NCBI GenBank assembly: GCA_965140585.1
Contig: OZ223267.1
Span: 96,001-160,000, forward strand
Source of the DNA: Spirochaetia bacterium
GTDB taxonomy: Bacteria > Spirochaetota > Spirochaetia > UBA9216
Length of the DNA: 64,000 bases
Direction of reading: 5' to 3'
Made by a program: the position numbers and the translations under genes. The notes under the pieces are model-generated. The model did not search any database. It was not told the origin of the DNA and was given only the letters and a program-made list of their open reading frames with translations. This document shows, piece after piece, positions 28,374-39,027 of this stretch (position 1 is the first letter of the stretch; each line of letters opens with the position of its first letter).

Positions 28374-29198
28374 TCAGCCCTGTCTGTATGAACTGGGCGA
28401 TACCCCTTTTATTTGTTTGAACTGCCTTGAGAAATAATTGCTGTCTTCGTAATGTACCATTGCCGAAATATTGCTGATACTTTTATCTGTATGTTTAAGA
28501 AGTTCACATGCCTTATCTATTCTGATTGTATGAATATAATCTTTCACTGAGGATCCTGTAAGCTTTCTGAATATCCGGTGAAAATTTCTTACAGAGGTCC
28601 CGGCCTCTTCGGCCATCCGCGCGGCGCTTAGTGAAGGCCCGTTTTCAGTTTTCAGATACTCTATGATATAGTTTACCCGCGTTTTTACTGATGTATTTAT
28701 TTTAACATTATCTTCATTATGAATTCTGAGCAGAAGGCAGCACAGCTGACTTAGGCAGGCTTCCGCCATTTTATCATTCATAAACCTGCCGCTGTATATC
28801 TCCTGATCAATTCTGTTGATTAATGAAACGGCCTCGGATTCGATCAGTACCGACAGTTTTAATCCGGTATCAGGCAGCCGGGCAATCATCTTGGAAATAT
28901 ATTCCGGAATATCAGAATTAAGAAGAATATTGATGTAATCAAGATTTTCTGCTTTTAGATACTGATGATGAATACCCTTTCTGACAATAAAGACATCACC
29001 TCTGCAGAGTTTGTATTCTTTATTGTTCAGGATTTGAAGCCCGGTACCTCCTCGAACAAAAATCATTTCAAGAAAATCATGATGATGGTCGGGAAAGGTT
29101 CTGCTGTTTTCAACATGGATCACGCGTATGGGAAGTTTAAAGTCATTAAAAAACTGACTTCCGGGATAATACGGCGCAGACGGTACTTCCAGTTTCAT
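28374..29198 (-). CDS. AraC-family regulator (cupin + HTH, RhaR/RhaS-like)
   Basis: H.HDFLE cupin motif; C-terminal YEDSNYFSRQFK...GVSP..YR. Confidence 0.93.
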   Translation of the reverse strand: MKLEVPSAPYYPGSQFFNDFKLPIRVIHVENSRTFPDHHHDFLEMIFVRGGTGLQILNNKEYKLCRGDVFIVRKGIHHQYLKAENLDYINILLNSDIPEYISKMIARLPDTGLKLSVLIESEAVSLINRIDQEIYSGRFMNDKMAEACLSQLCCLLLRIHNEDNVKINTSVKTRVNYIIEYLKTENGPSLSAARMAEEAGTSVRNFHRIFRKLTGSSVKDYIHTIRIDKACELLKHTDKSISNISAMVHYEDSNYFSRQFKQIKGVSPSSYRQG

Positions 29199-29267
29199 GT
29201 CTCAATTATCCTAAGATTAGTCTCAATCGTCAAGGAATGTTTATTCAGATCATTATATGATAGAGAC

Positions 29268-29735
29268 ATGAACAGCGTTACGGTTTTTTCGGTCGAGACC
29301 GAATTTACAAATAATATACTTACAGTTATGCGTGCTTTAAACAGCAGAGGAGACAGAAAGCTGCTTGAAACAGTAATTTCTGATTACAGTGCAGTTCTTC
29401 ATTATATGCAGAAATCCTCTGAGCCCTTCTGCAGCACAGCTGTTGAATTTGAAGTCTGCGGAAGCTTTCTCAGGCTTCAGCAAATCAGATACGGAAAGCG
29501 GCTGCATTACAGTCTGCCTGATTCAGATCAGCCCTGTGAACATACTGTAAAGAAATTTTCAGTATTATCGGTAGTGTCAGAGGCTGTTGACTATATTGCT
29601 GAACAATCGTTTGAAGGCGGATGTATAAGGGTGGAATGTGCTGATGTAATCAGAGTGTTCCTTAAAACTGATGCCGACCATGCTACATCTATAATTGAGT
29701 ATGAGCCGGTCGACAGTATTAATCCGGCCAGTTAA
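29268..29735 (+). CDS. Hypothetical protein divergent from the AraC gene
   Basis: The part of the track ORF 28965-29735 that does not overlap AraC; ATG 29268 lies 6 nt after TATGAT; the ORF fills the gap to trmL. Confidence 0.5.
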   Translation: MNSVTVFSVETEFTNNILTVMRALNSRGDRKLLETVISDYSAVLHYMQKSSEPFCSTAVEFEVCGSFLRLQQIRYGKRLHYSLPDSDQPCEHTVKKFSVLSVVSEAVDYIAEQSFEGGCIRVECADVIRVFLKTDADHATSIIEYEPVDSINPAS

Positions 29736-30213
29736 AATCCCTGAGGCGTCCTTCAGTCTCAAGTCCCCCGAAATTCTGCTGACGTAGTGCCTCATAGACT
29801 GCAATTGCCGCAGAGTTTGAAAGGTTAAGCGAACGTGATTCTCCAATCATTGGTATGCGGACGCTTTTGTCAGGATGCTGTACCAGAATACCTTCAGGAA
29901 GTCCTGCGGTTTCACTGCCGAAAATGAGAAAGCAGCCTTTTGAATAACTTATATCCGAGTATCGGTTTCGTGCCTTGGTTGTAAAGAATACAAGTTGACT
30001 TCCCTGCGAATATTCCATAAAGCTGTCTATTGTTTCATGATAATGCACATCAAGCAGGTGCCAGTAATCCAGTCCGGCCCGTTTAAGACTCTTATCATCG
30101 GTTGAAAAGCCCAGCGGTCTTACAAGATGCAGCGAAGTTTCTGTTGCCGCGCAGGTCCGGGCTATGTTTCCTGTATTCTGGGGAATCTGCGGATTTACCA
30201 AGACTATGTTCAT
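29719..30213 (-). CDS. trmL: tRNA (cytidine/uridine-34 2'-O)-methyltransferase
   Basis: PQIPQNTGNIARTC, KRAGLDYW, FGSETAGLP, RSLNLSN..AI.VYEA.RQ. Confidence 0.96.
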   Translation of the reverse strand: MNIVLVNPQIPQNTGNIARTCAATETSLHLVRPLGFSTDDKSLKRAGLDYWHLLDVHYHETIDSFMEYSQGSQLVFFTTKARNRYSDISYSKGCFLIFGSETAGLPEGILVQHPDKSVRIPMIGESRSLNLSNSAAIAVYEALRQQNFGGLETEGRLRDFNWPD

Positions 30214-30218
30214 ATGAT

Positions 30219-30701
30219 TTATGCCCGTAGGCTGTTTGAGCTTTTTGCGCTCAGTGTTTCTATCTTCACGCGGAACACTGTAACACTATCGGCGGCTTCG
30301 GCAGGGAAGGGGAAGTCCCCGGGAGCTGCAAACTTAGCTACCACAAGTTTGAGTGCGTTCAGTTTATCAGCTCTTTCTGTCAAAAATTCCGCTTTTCCGA
30401 AAGCTATAACGGATCGGTAATTCATCCCCCAGCTGCAGGGGTTTGAGTTGTCCTCTTTTCCGGCAAGACCCATGTTTTCATCAATTTCGATACAGACTTC
30501 CGGATTATTTTTCAGTAATTCAAGTTTGTATCCTTCGCCAGCACAGTGAAAGTAAAACACCTCTTCGCTGTATCCAAAGTTCAAAGGTACAACATATGGC
30601 GCTCCCTCCGGGGTATTTATTCCCAGCCTGGCGACTTCGGCCCTGTTTAAAATATCTTCAATTTCTTGTTTATCGGTTATTTCCTTTCTGCTTCTTCTCA
30701 T
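30219..30701 (-). CDS. Pyridoxamine 5'-phosphate oxidase-like flavin-binding protein (NimA-like)
   Basis: MRR..KEI, PYVVPLNF, YFHCA.EG.K, YRSVI.FG. Confidence 0.9.
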   Translation of the reverse strand: MRRSRKEITDKQEIEDILNRAEVARLGINTPEGAPYVVPLNFGYSEEVFYFHCAGEGYKLELLKNNPEVCIEIDENMGLAGKEDNSNPCSWGMNYRSVIAFGKAEFLTERADKLNALKLVVAKFAAPGDFPFPAEAADSVTVFRVKIETLSAKSSNSLRA

Positions 30702-30741
30702 GCTGAGGATATTACCATAGAATTGTAGAATATATCCAGAA

Positions 30742-31719
30742 TTAGAGCTGTTTTTCCCTTCTAAGCAGATATTTAAGAATCAGCTCTTCAATAGTCTTTG
30801 TTGGACCGGGAATCCGTGCGCGCTCACGGTATTCGGCATTCTTTTTTCTCTGCTTGAAGAATCTGAGCATCTCCCTTGGATCGGCGGTCTCAAAGGTGGA
30901 ATAGAAATTATCAACATGGAGGATGGATTGAATTTTTGATTTATTGATTGAAGAAATATCATTTCGCTGCATCTCTTCTCTTATCTTTGTAAGCTCTTCA
31001 AATGTCAGATTGAACAGAAATTCCTCAAGTGCCTGAAATACTGTAGGATCATTTTCCGAGCTGCTGAGAAAATCAAACCATACCGGATCGATGTTCTGTG
31101 CAATCTGAAGCATCTCGCTCATTCCCATCAGTGTTCCGTATATCGGTGTAAGATGCTTCCTTGATTTCCAGAGAGAGCTCAGCATGGGGGCATAGTCCTC
31201 GGCGGACTGAGTCAGCCTGTATTCCCAGATATTCATCAGTCTTGTCGCCGCGGTAATCTTCAGTTTTTCATCAAGGTCCTTATCCTGGATGAGCGACAGG
31301 TAAACTTCCTCGCTCATCAGGGCAAAGATATTAAGTGTCACCAGGTCTGCAATATCCTGAACTCTTGCCTTCAGCTTCAGAATAGAATCAGATTCATACT
31401 TGAGCATGAGAATGAAGTTGATCTTTGCAATAACATAGCTCCGACCGAGTATGACCTTGGTCGGAACGTACATTACCTGATCTGCGAAATCCATCTCGCA
31501 GATCATTTTAATGAGAGAGTCCATTGTAAACGTTGAATTACCAATTTTTCTTGTATTGTAAAAAGAAGGGTATGATGATATTGCCGAGGCCAGATCGTAG
31601 AGTGATCTGAACCTCGTATCGATATAGTCTGCTTCATCTTTGCGTTTCTTTCTGATTACCTCAAGGGTTGAGTTAATCAGCTCGAGTTCGCTTTCTGAAA
31701 AAACAACTATATCAGCCAT
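30742..31719 (-). CDS. Conserved hypothetical protein (spirochaete-type)
   Basis: 325-aa helical ORF tightly coupled to the upstream gene; no motif recognised. Confidence 0.7.
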   Translation of the reverse strand: MADIVVFSESELELINSTLEVIRKKRKDEADYIDTRFRSLYDLASAISSYPSFYNTRKIGNSTFTMDSLIKMICEMDFADQVMYVPTKVILGRSYVIAKINFILMLKYESDSILKLKARVQDIADLVTLNIFALMSEEVYLSLIQDKDLDEKLKITAATRLMNIWEYRLTQSAEDYAPMLSSLWKSRKHLTPIYGTLMGMSEMLQIAQNIDPVWFDFLSSSENDPTVFQALEEFLFNLTFEELTKIREEMQRNDISSINKSKIQSILHVDNFYSTFETADPREMLRFFKQRKKNAEYRERARIPGPTKTIEELILKYLLRREKQL

Positions 31720-31720
31720 A

Positions 31721-33085
31721 TCAATTCCTCATACTGTTTATCGGCGCGGGTATGCGTCCACCTCTATCAATAAATTTCTTTGAGCTGAAATTATTCACAG
31801 CCATTATAGGACCGCTTCCAAGCAGACCGCCGAACTCGACGGTGTCTCCAACCTTCATTCCGGGAGCAGGAATTATCCTGACAGCGGTGGTTTTATTGTT
31901 CACAACGCCGATTGCCGCTTCGTCTGCAATGATTCCGGAAATGGTTTCAGCACTTGTCTCTCCGGGAACTGAAATCATATCAAGCCCAACCGAACATACG
32001 CATGTCATTGCTTCAAGTTTTTCAATGGAAAGACTTCCGCAGCGTACAGCATCGATCATTCCCGCATCTTCGCTGACCGGGATGAAGGAACCGCTCAATC
32101 CGCCGACATATGATGAAGCCATTGCTCCGCCTTTTTTTACAGCATCATTCAGAAGGGCCAGGGCGGCTGTGGTTCCGGGGGCCCCGCACTTTTCAAGGCC
32201 CATTTCCTCAAGGATATGAGCGACGCTGTCGCCCATTGCCGGTGTCGGTGCAAGTGAAAGATCTACTATTCCGAATCCTACCCCGAGGCGTTTGGATGCC
32301 TCTCGTGCAACAAGTTCGCCCATACGGGTTATCTTGAATGCGGATTTCTTGATGGTTTCGGCGACAAGACCGAACCTTGCTCCTGGAATCTTTTTAATTG
32401 CACTCTGAACAACTCCCGGCCCGCTTATTCCTACATTGATAACGGTTTCTGGTTCACCTATGCCGTGAAAGGCTCCGGCCATGAAAGGGTTGTCCTCAGG
32501 GACATTCGCAAATACGACAAGTTTGGCACAGCCCAGTCCTCCGGAATCTGCGGTAAGCTCAGCTGTCTGCTTGATTACTCTTCCCATAAGGGCAACTGCA
32601 TCCATGTTTATTCCGGCACGTGTTGACGCAATATTCACCGACGAGCAGACGCGGACAGTTGATGACAGCGCTTCCGGAATCGATTCGATAAGTATCCGAT
32701 CTCCCTTAGTGAAGCCCTTGTGTACAAGAGCGGAGTAGCCGCCGATAAAATCAACTCCTGTCTCGCTTGCGGCACGGTCGAGGGTTCTGGCAAACTCTAC
32801 ATAGTTTGTGTCGGTGGAGGATTCCGCAACCATAGCCATCGGTGTAACAGAAATCCTTTTATTGATAATCGGTATACCGAATTCGGTTTCAATATCCTGA
32901 GCAGTCTTTACCAGATTGCCTGCAGTCTTTGTTATCTTGTCGTAAATTTTCGTACGTGATTTTTCGCCTGATTCACAGCCGCAGTCACGCAGTGATATAC
33001 CCATGGTTATGGTACGTATATCGAGGTTTTCCCGGTCGATCATCTCAATTGTTTCAAGTATTTCTGACGGTTTAATCATGCTCAT
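31721..33085 (-). CDS. UPF0210 / DUF711 (PFL-like fold) protein
   Basis: [49 protein letters not shown]. Confidence 0.95.
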   Translation of the reverse strand: MSMIKPSEILETIEMIDRENLDIRTITMGISLRDCGCESGEKSRTKIYDKITKTAGNLVKTAQDIETEFGIPIINKRISVTPMAMVAESSTDTNYVEFARTLDRAASETGVDFIGGYSALVHKGFTKGDRILIESIPEALSSTVRVCSSVNIASTRAGINMDAVALMGRVIKQTAELTADSGGLGCAKLVVFANVPEDNPFMAGAFHGIGEPETVINVGISGPGVVQSAIKKIPGARFGLVAETIKKSAFKITRMGELVAREASKRLGVGFGIVDLSLAPTPAMGDSVAHILEEMGLEKCGAPGTTAALALLNDAVKKGGAMASSYVGGLSGSFIPVSEDAGMIDAVRCGSLSIEKLEAMTCVCSVGLDMISVPGETSAETISGIIADEAAIGVVNNKTTAVRIIPAPGMKVGDTVEFGGLLGSGPIMAVNNFSSKKFIDRGGRIPAPINSMRN

Positions 33086-33094
33086 ACTGTAAAC

Positions 33095-33364
33095 CTATAT
33101 CCTGTGCATCGAGTTGAATATTTCTTCCCGCTGTATGCGGACCGACAGATTCTTTTCTTTTCCGTAATCATTGAGTACAGAAACAAGCTCTGAAAAATCG
33201 CAGGAAAGGTTTGCGGTATCCACCATCATTATCATGGTGAACATGTTGTTCATGACCGTCTGGTTAATATCAAGAATATTAACATTTCTGTCCGCAAGAA
33301 TATTTGCTATCGAGGCGATGATACCTACGGTATCTTTACCGATTACTGTGATAAACGAATTCAT
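33095..33364 (-). CDS. UPF0237 ACT-domain protein
   Basis: ITVIGKD.VGI, NILDINQT, Q.EEIFN.MHRI; usual partner of UPF0210. Confidence 0.95.
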   Translation of the reverse strand: MNSFITVIGKDTVGIIASIANILADRNVNILDINQTVMNNMFTMIMMVDTANLSCDFSELVSVLNDYGKEKNLSVRIQREEIFNSMHRI

Positions 33365-34536
33365 TATAAAGCTCCATCTAAGTATAATTTTTCTGTATTT
33401 GCTATTGCTTTTTCAAGTCTTTCATCCAAATCAAGATCTTTGTACTCTTTAATCATACGGTTAAAATCCGGATGTGTTATCGGATGTTCAGGCGCAAAAA
33501 GAGTACAGCAGTCCTCAAAGGGCAGTATTGATGTTTTGAAAGTATCTATCTTCTCAGCGATTTTTATTATTTCTTCCTTGTCCATACCGATAAGGGGACG
33601 GAAAATCGGAAGGTCTGTAGCACTGCCTGTAAAGCGGATGCTTTCCGGAGTCTGGCTCGCAACCTGCGAAAGCGCCTCACCGGTTACCAGGGCCAGCTGT
33701 GTGTTCTTTTTTGCAATCCGGTCGGCAATCTGCACCATAGCATGCCGCATCAAAAGGGTAGTGGCCTTATCAAAACCCTTATCCTTTATATGAAGCTGTA
33801 CTTCTGTGAAAGGGACGATATAGAGATTTATTCCGCAGGTCCATGAGGAGAGTATCTGTGCCAGATCCACGACCTTTTGCTTTGCCTCATCAGAGGTATA
33901 GGGATAGGTATGAAAATAGATAGCATCGATTTTCATTCCGCGTTTGGCCATGAGGTATCCGGCTACAGGAGAGTCGATACCGCCGGAAAGCATCAGCATT
34001 CCGCCGCCTGCAATTCCAACCGGAAGTCCTCCGGGCCCCTTTTTTACCCTGCTGTAGATGTAGGCCATTTCACGAAGTTCCACATTGATGCTCCAGTCAG
34101 GATTTTTAACATCAACATGAAGTTCCGGATGAGCATCAAGTACCGCAGCGCCGAGTTCACATACAATATCATATGAACTCATATGAAACCCCTTGTCGGC
34201 ACGTCTGGAATTGATTTTAAAACCGGTGCCCGGAAGTTCTTCGGTATTGGCTTTCGCAATCTTCAGAGCTTCCTGCTTTATCAGCTCAAAATCTTTTTCA
34301 ACCCTGATAACCTCGCTGTATCCGGTCACGCCGAAGGTCTTGGAAAGAACTTCTTCAATTGCTCTTGAATTTGACTCGTCCGATTCAATAAAGAACCGTC
34401 CCCTTGTTCCTGTTACCCTGCAGCTGATGCTGCGGAGATTGGATCTAATATTTTTTTTAAGCCGCTTTTCAAAAAAAGACCGGTTGCCGCCCTTAAGAGC
34501 TATCTCGCCGATCTTAATCAGATAAAGTTTGTCCAC
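33364..34536 (-). CDS. thiI: tRNA 4-thiouridine synthase ThiI (short form, no rhodanese domain)
   Basis: GEIALKG.NR..FE, THUMP domain, PP-loop LSGGIDSPVA, QVASQT, EDCC. Confidence 0.96.
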   Translation of the reverse strand: MDKLYLIKIGEIALKGGNRSFFEKRLKKNIRSNLRSISCRVTGTRGRFFIESDESNSRAIEEVLSKTFGVTGYSEVIRVEKDFELIKQEALKIAKANTEELPGTGFKINSRRADKGFHMSSYDIVCELGAAVLDAHPELHVDVKNPDWSINVELREMAYIYSRVKKGPGGLPVGIAGGGMLMLSGGIDSPVAGYLMAKRGMKIDAIYFHTYPYTSDEAKQKVVDLAQILSSWTCGINLYIVPFTEVQLHIKDKGFDKATTLLMRHAMVQIADRIAKKNTQLALVTGEALSQVASQTPESIRFTGSATDLPIFRPLIGMDKEEIIKIAEKIDTFKTSILPFEDCCTLFAPEHPITHPDFNRMIKEYKDLDLDERLEKAIANTEKLYLDGAL

Positions 34537-34566
34537 ACGAAATCTCCTGAAATTGTTAACTGCAAG

Positions 34567-35742
34567 TTAACCAAGGTTATTAATAAGTATAGATGATTCC
34601 TGTTCAAGAATGTTACAAAATTGTGTAATTTCTTCGGTTTTTGTAGAAGGTCCGGTTGAGATCCTTATTGAAGAAAAGGAATCACTTGATTCCACACCCA
34701 TTGCTTCCATTACACGGTAGTTTTTTTTCTTTTTGTTACTGCAGGCGGAACCGGTTGAGATATCAAAACCGCGGTCGCTCATTACCCTGACCATTATTTC
34801 CCCCGGGATTGGTTTTAATGAGACAGAAAGGATATACGGCGAGAATAACTCCGGATTCAAAAGTTTTTCCGTATCGCTTTGGGGGAGAAACTTAGCACCT
34901 TTGATATTACTGATTCTTTCAATGAGCAGTTTTTTGTTTTTGAGCGCCGCCGCAGTGTTATCCTGTATCATTCCATGATATTTTTTTGCAGCCTCGGCTG
35001 TGGCCAGTATTCCCTGAAGGTTTTCAGTCCCGTGACGGATATCATTTTCCTGACCGCCTCCGGTGTATAAAGGTTCCAGAGATTTTGAAAGATAAAGTAT
35101 TCCACATCCCCTCGGGCCCTGAAACTTGTGACTGCTCACAGAGGCTGAATGAAGGCCAGGTATATCCATACTGAAAGGTATTTTACATACTGCCTGTACG
35201 GCATCGGCATGGAAGTGAACCCTGAATCCCGGCTGCCTGTTTAAATCTGCAATCCCTGCTGCAATATCTTTTAACGGCTGAATGCTGCCTGTTTCATTGT
35301 TTACAGACATGCAGGAGGCGAAACGGGTATCTTTATCAATTTTTTCAAGAAATTTTCCGGGAGATATCCTTCCGCCAGATTCGGGTTTGACTATTCTCAG
35401 TTCCCATCCCATCCGTGAGAGCAGTACAGCGGGCTCATATACCGATGGATGCTCAATGCCTGAAATTACCAAATTTCCGGGCTGCTTTTTTCTGAGAAAT
35501 GAACTTATTATCAGGTTGTTTGATTCTGTACCGCCTGAAGTAAAATATAGTTTATCAACAGCGGTTCCCAGCACTTCCGCACACATCTGCCGTGAGCTTT
35601 CAAGCAGTTTATCGGCATCTTTTCCGCTGTTGTGCAGCGAGGACGGGTTTCCGAAAGTATGCAGCGATGCTTCAGCTGCGTTAAGGATTACTTCACGATC
35701 GGGAACAGCTGTAGCAGCCCAATCAAGGTAAATTCTGCTCAT
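34567..35742 (-). CDS. iscS: Cysteine desulfurase (IscS/NifS group I), likely partner of ThiI
   Basis: YLDWAAT, GNPSS.H, FTSGGTESNN, HADAVQ, SSHKF.GP.G, STGSACS. Confidence 0.92.
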   Translation of the reverse strand: MSRIYLDWAATAVPDREVILNAAEASLHTFGNPSSLHNSGKDADKLLESSRQMCAEVLGTAVDKLYFTSGGTESNNLIISSFLRKKQPGNLVISGIEHPSVYEPAVLLSRMGWELRIVKPESGGRISPGKFLEKIDKDTRFASCMSVNNETGSIQPLKDIAAGIADLNRQPGFRVHFHADAVQAVCKIPFSMDIPGLHSASVSSHKFQGPRGCGILYLSKSLEPLYTGGGQENDIRHGTENLQGILATAEAAKKYHGMIQDNTAAALKNKKLLIERISNIKGAKFLPQSDTEKLLNPELFSPYILSVSLKPIPGEIMVRVMSDRGFDISTGSACSNKKKKNYRVMEAMGVESSDSFSSIRISTGPSTKTEEITQFCNILEQESSILINNLG

Positions 35743-35908
35743 AGTCTGATGATAATAGTAGTCTGAAGCCTTTTTTTCAAGTCACAGAAACAGGGTCTGC
35801 TTTGACTGTAAAGTGATACTTAAAAATGCTTCTATTCGCTGTTCATATATAGAAAAAATAATAAACTTCTCTTGAAGAAATTTAATTTTCAGTATATCCT
35901 TTTCCGAT

Positions 35909-36211
35909 ATGGAAAAAGATTGCTGTCCTGAAGATGAAATTAAAACAATCGCTGAAAAGCTGAAGGTCTGCGGCCATCCGGTCCGGCTAAAGATCCTGTG
36001 TCTGATTGAAAAGCAGGATTCATGTGTAACTGATTTATGGCAGTGCCTTGATCAGTCCCAGCCCGTAATCTCCCAGCACCTTGCGGTTCTTAAAGAAAAG
36101 GGTATTGTGGAGTCTGATATCCAGGGTAACCGGCGAATCTACTCAATATGCGACCCCTTTATAAAGACGGTTGTAAAATCTTTCCCCTTTGTTGAAAATG
36201 TAGGAAACTGA
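35909..36211 (+). CDS. ArsR/SmtB family regulator
   Basis: HPVRLKIL, CV..L, SQP.ISQHL..L...G; several Cys residues. Confidence 0.93.
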   Translation: MEKDCCPEDEIKTIAEKLKVCGHPVRLKILCLIEKQDSCVTDLWQCLDQSQPVISQHLAVLKEKGIVESDIQGNRRIYSICDPFIKTVVKSFPFVENVGN

Positions 36212-36227
36212 TAATTTTATTTGATAT

Positions 36228-36261
36228 AAAAAAAGGCTGAACATCGTGTTCAGCCTTTTTT
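36228..36261. terminator. Bidirectional Rho-independent terminator
   Basis: A7-GGCTGAACA-TCG-TGTTCAGCC-T6. Confidence 0.9.
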
Positions 36262-36286
36262 AATGCCTGATGCAGCTTTAATATCT

Positions 36287-37882
36287 CTACTCGGCAAGTT
36301 TTACAAAATTTTGATAGGCCGTTATTGCTCCATCAACTGCTGTATAGACGGCGGAGAGTATTCCAATCCAGGTAAGTATTGTAGACGCAGTGCTGTAGAC
36401 ATCTCCGATATTTCCCATGATATTTTTCTCAACGTAAATTACTGAACCGGGCGGAACCTCATCATAGAGTCCGATTTTTGTGCGGTTGCCGTCAAGATCA
36501 ATCAAAGTAAAGGTCTTCATGTTGGCGTTATCCTCATCGAAACCGCCTGCGGCTGTGATATAGTCGATTGCCCGGTAGTCGCTGACATAAGCTACAGTTG
36601 AAGTTGTCGTGTCAGAGGTATACATTGCGCCGAAAACGCTGACATAGGTTCTTTCTACCGGAATAAGAACATGATCACCTGGTTTAAGGGGGATATCAAG
36701 TGATGAATCTCTGGTCTGCCAGAGCTCATCAACATCAACCGAAATAAACTCGCCCTCAGCTTTTCTCCTGACTTCGGCTCTGGAAGAGATTGCATAGGGT
36801 GTCGGTCCGCCAACCGAGTCAAGGAGATTAAGAAGGGTAATTCCTTGATAAAAGGCAACCTCAAGTTTTACACCCCTGGTAGGTGCTGTGAATGGTTCAA
36901 AGCTTGTATTCGGTTTCCCGTAAACAGCTCCTTCAACAGTGATAGTCTCAGCTCTCTCACTTAATGAAGATATATAAACCGAATCGCCGTTGTTCATGGC
37001 AGTTGCCGCGGCTTCGGCTAGTTTTGCCGATTTTCTTGCATAGGTTCCGTCGGACTCAAGTCTTGTAATCTCTATTCTGTCTTTCTGCGCGTCAGGTCTT
37101 ACCCCTCCGGCCAGTTTTATCAGGGTTCCAAGGTTATCATCCGGCAGAAGTTCGTAAATTCCCGGGTATTTGATTTTACCGGTAATGTTTACAACGGTGT
37201 CAGCCATCGGGACATATATCTTATCACCGGGCTGGAGCCTCGGGTTTGAGTTAAAATCAGCATCCTGGTAGAATCTGGAGAGATCAACTTTTATCTCTTC
37301 TTCATCCCGAATTATTGTGACGTTCCTGTAGGATGCGTTATCCTTGAATCCCCCGCACATCGATATTGCATCGACCACGGTTGTCACCGGCGTTGCATTG
37401 ATGTAACCGGAAACTGAAACTCCTCCATAGATGAACACATTGAAATGTGCGGGGGCGGCCAGATTGAAAGTTATGTACTGAACGGGTGTCATTCGTGCTA
37501 TTTCGTCTGAAATAAAAGCCTGAAGTTGTGCGATAGTTTTTCCTGCTACATTGGTTTCGCCTATAAAGGGCAGCACCATTGAATAATCCTGCTGCAGCTG
37601 GATGTTGTAGGTCGTTATATAGTCGGCGCTGCGTTCACTGTTGGATCCGTAATTTATCAGCAGCGTGAAAACATCTCCCGGGGTAAGGGGGTAGTTGTCA
37701 AGCGCTTCAAAATTAGTTGAATAACTCTGTGATGTATTCAGCAGTGCTACTGAATTGGTGAGTACATATTTAAAAATATCAGCCTGCAGGCCGAATCCGC
37801 TGCTCTCATTTTCTGTGTCCTGGGCGACGGCCGGAAATATAAGGGCTGTAAGGATTAATATAGTAAGTAACGTCTTTTTCAT
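36287..37882 (-). CDS. Polysaccharide-export (Wza/KpsD-like) protein with multiple SLBB domains
   Basis: Signal peptide, YPLTPGD, LPFIG...VAGKT, repeated G.V..PG.Y / L..AGG / L.PGD.I.VP, C-terminal amphipathic helix. Confidence 0.85.
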   Translation of the reverse strand: MKKTLLTILILTALIFPAVAQDTENESSGFGLQADIFKYVLTNSVALLNTSQSYSTNFEALDNYPLTPGDVFTLLINYGSNSERSADYITTYNIQLQQDYSMVLPFIGETNVAGKTIAQLQAFISDEIARMTPVQYITFNLAAPAHFNVFIYGGVSVSGYINATPVTTVVDAISMCGGFKDNASYRNVTIIRDEEEIKVDLSRFYQDADFNSNPRLQPGDKIYVPMADTVVNITGKIKYPGIYELLPDDNLGTLIKLAGGVRPDAQKDRIEITRLESDGTYARKSAKLAEAAATAMNNGDSVYISSLSERAETITVEGAVYGKPNTSFEPFTAPTRGVKLEVAFYQGITLLNLLDSVGGPTPYAISSRAEVRRKAEGEFISVDVDELWQTRDSSLDIPLKPGDHVLIPVERTYVSVFGAMYTSDTTTSTVAYVSDYRAIDYITAAGGFDEDNANMKTFTLIDLDGNRTKIGLYDEVPPGSVIYVEKNIMGNIGDVYSTASTILTWIGILSAVYTAVDGAITAYQNFVKLAE

Positions 37883-37968
37883 TAGAGAATGATATCAGTC
37901 TCAAGATTGGTAGTCAACTGCGGATTCATATATCCATGCCTCGAAATATAGTCTATAATTGGATGCAT

Positions 37969-39027
37969 ATGAAGCAGTTAACAGTAAGACTATCCGAATA
38001 TACTACAGATCTGATAATCGATAAAAAAGTGGATCGCGACTGGATTTCTGAAAACGGAATAACCGGAAATATTGTTGTATCCGATACAAACATTGCCGGG
38101 CTTTCCGCCTCCGGATTTATCGGTGAAATTAATGCGCATCAGGTGGTTCTCTGCCCCGGTGAAGCGGCCAAAACCCTCGATTCCGTGCAGAAGATCTGTG
38201 CCCAAGCGCTTGACTGCGGTCTGGGACGAGACAGTCTTTTTACCGGTGTAGGCGGCGGTGTTGTTTGTGATATGACAGCCTTTGCAGCTTCCATTTATAT
38301 GCGCGGGTGCCGCGTCAATCTTGTTCCGACAAGCCTTCTGTCTATGGTAGATGCTACTATCGGCGGGAAAACCGGTGTAGACTTCATGGACCGGAAAAAT
38401 ATTCTGGGCAGCTTCTTTCCTGCAGGCAGGATCTTCATAGCTACTGAATATCTTGAAAGTCTTTCAACTGATGAATATTTGAGCGGACTGGCCGAAATCA
38501 TCAAGCACGCCTTCCTCACCGGCGGAGAGCTTCTTGATATTCTTAGCGAGAGCAGGATCGACGTTCTTAAACGGGACCCTGACCTTCTTGAAGAAATTAT
38601 CTATAAAAGCCTTCTGATTAAAGCCCGCTATGTTGAAGAGGATTTCCGCGAAGCCGGAATGCGGGCTCATCTGAATTTCGGGCATACCTTCGGACATGCA
38701 CTCGAAACTGCAGCAGGTCTCGGCAGGTTCACTCACGGAGGAGCCGTAGCCTGGGGAATGGCCAGGGCATTGAAAGCCGGGGTCCTTCTGGGACATACAG
38801 ACCAGGGATATGCTGAAATGGCGATAGAACTTCTAAAACAATACGGTTACCACCTTGATTTCAGTGATTTTGATACAGATACTTTTATTAATGCCGCCGG
38901 TACAGATAAGAAGAAAAAGGACGGTGAAGTGCGTTTTGTTCTTCAGAACGGGCTTGCGGATACCTTTCTCACTCCGGTAGAGGCTGAAATTCTAAGGGTG
39001 GTAATCGAAGGACATAATGAAATTTAA
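37969..39027 (+). CDS. aroB: 3-dehydroquinate synthase
   Basis: GE..K, GGGVVCD, PTSLL.MVDA.IGGKTG, GLAEIIKH, LNFGHTFGHALE, HG.AVA.GM, DKK. Confidence 0.96.
   Translation: MKQLTVRLSEYTTDLIIDKKVDRDWISENGITGNIVVSDTNIAGLSASGFIGEINAHQVVLCPGEAAKTLDSVQKICAQALDCGLGRDSLFTGVGGGVVCDMTAFAASIYMRGCRVNLVPTSLLSMVDATIGGKTGVDFMDRKNILGSFFPAGRIFIATEYLESLSTDEYLSGLAEIIKHAFLTGGELLDILSESRIDVLKRDPDLLEEIIYKSLLIKARYVEEDFREAGMRAHLNFGHTFGHALETAAGLGRFTHGGAVAWGMARALKAGVLLGHTDQGYAEMAIELLKQYGYHLDFSDFDTDTFINAAGTDKKKKDGEVRFVLQNGLADTFLTPVEAEILRVVIEGHNEI

Noticed and set aside
28965-29267. 256-aa ORF overlapping araC
   Set aside because: The 5' part is antisense to a well-supported AraC gene; ATG 29268 is the better start.
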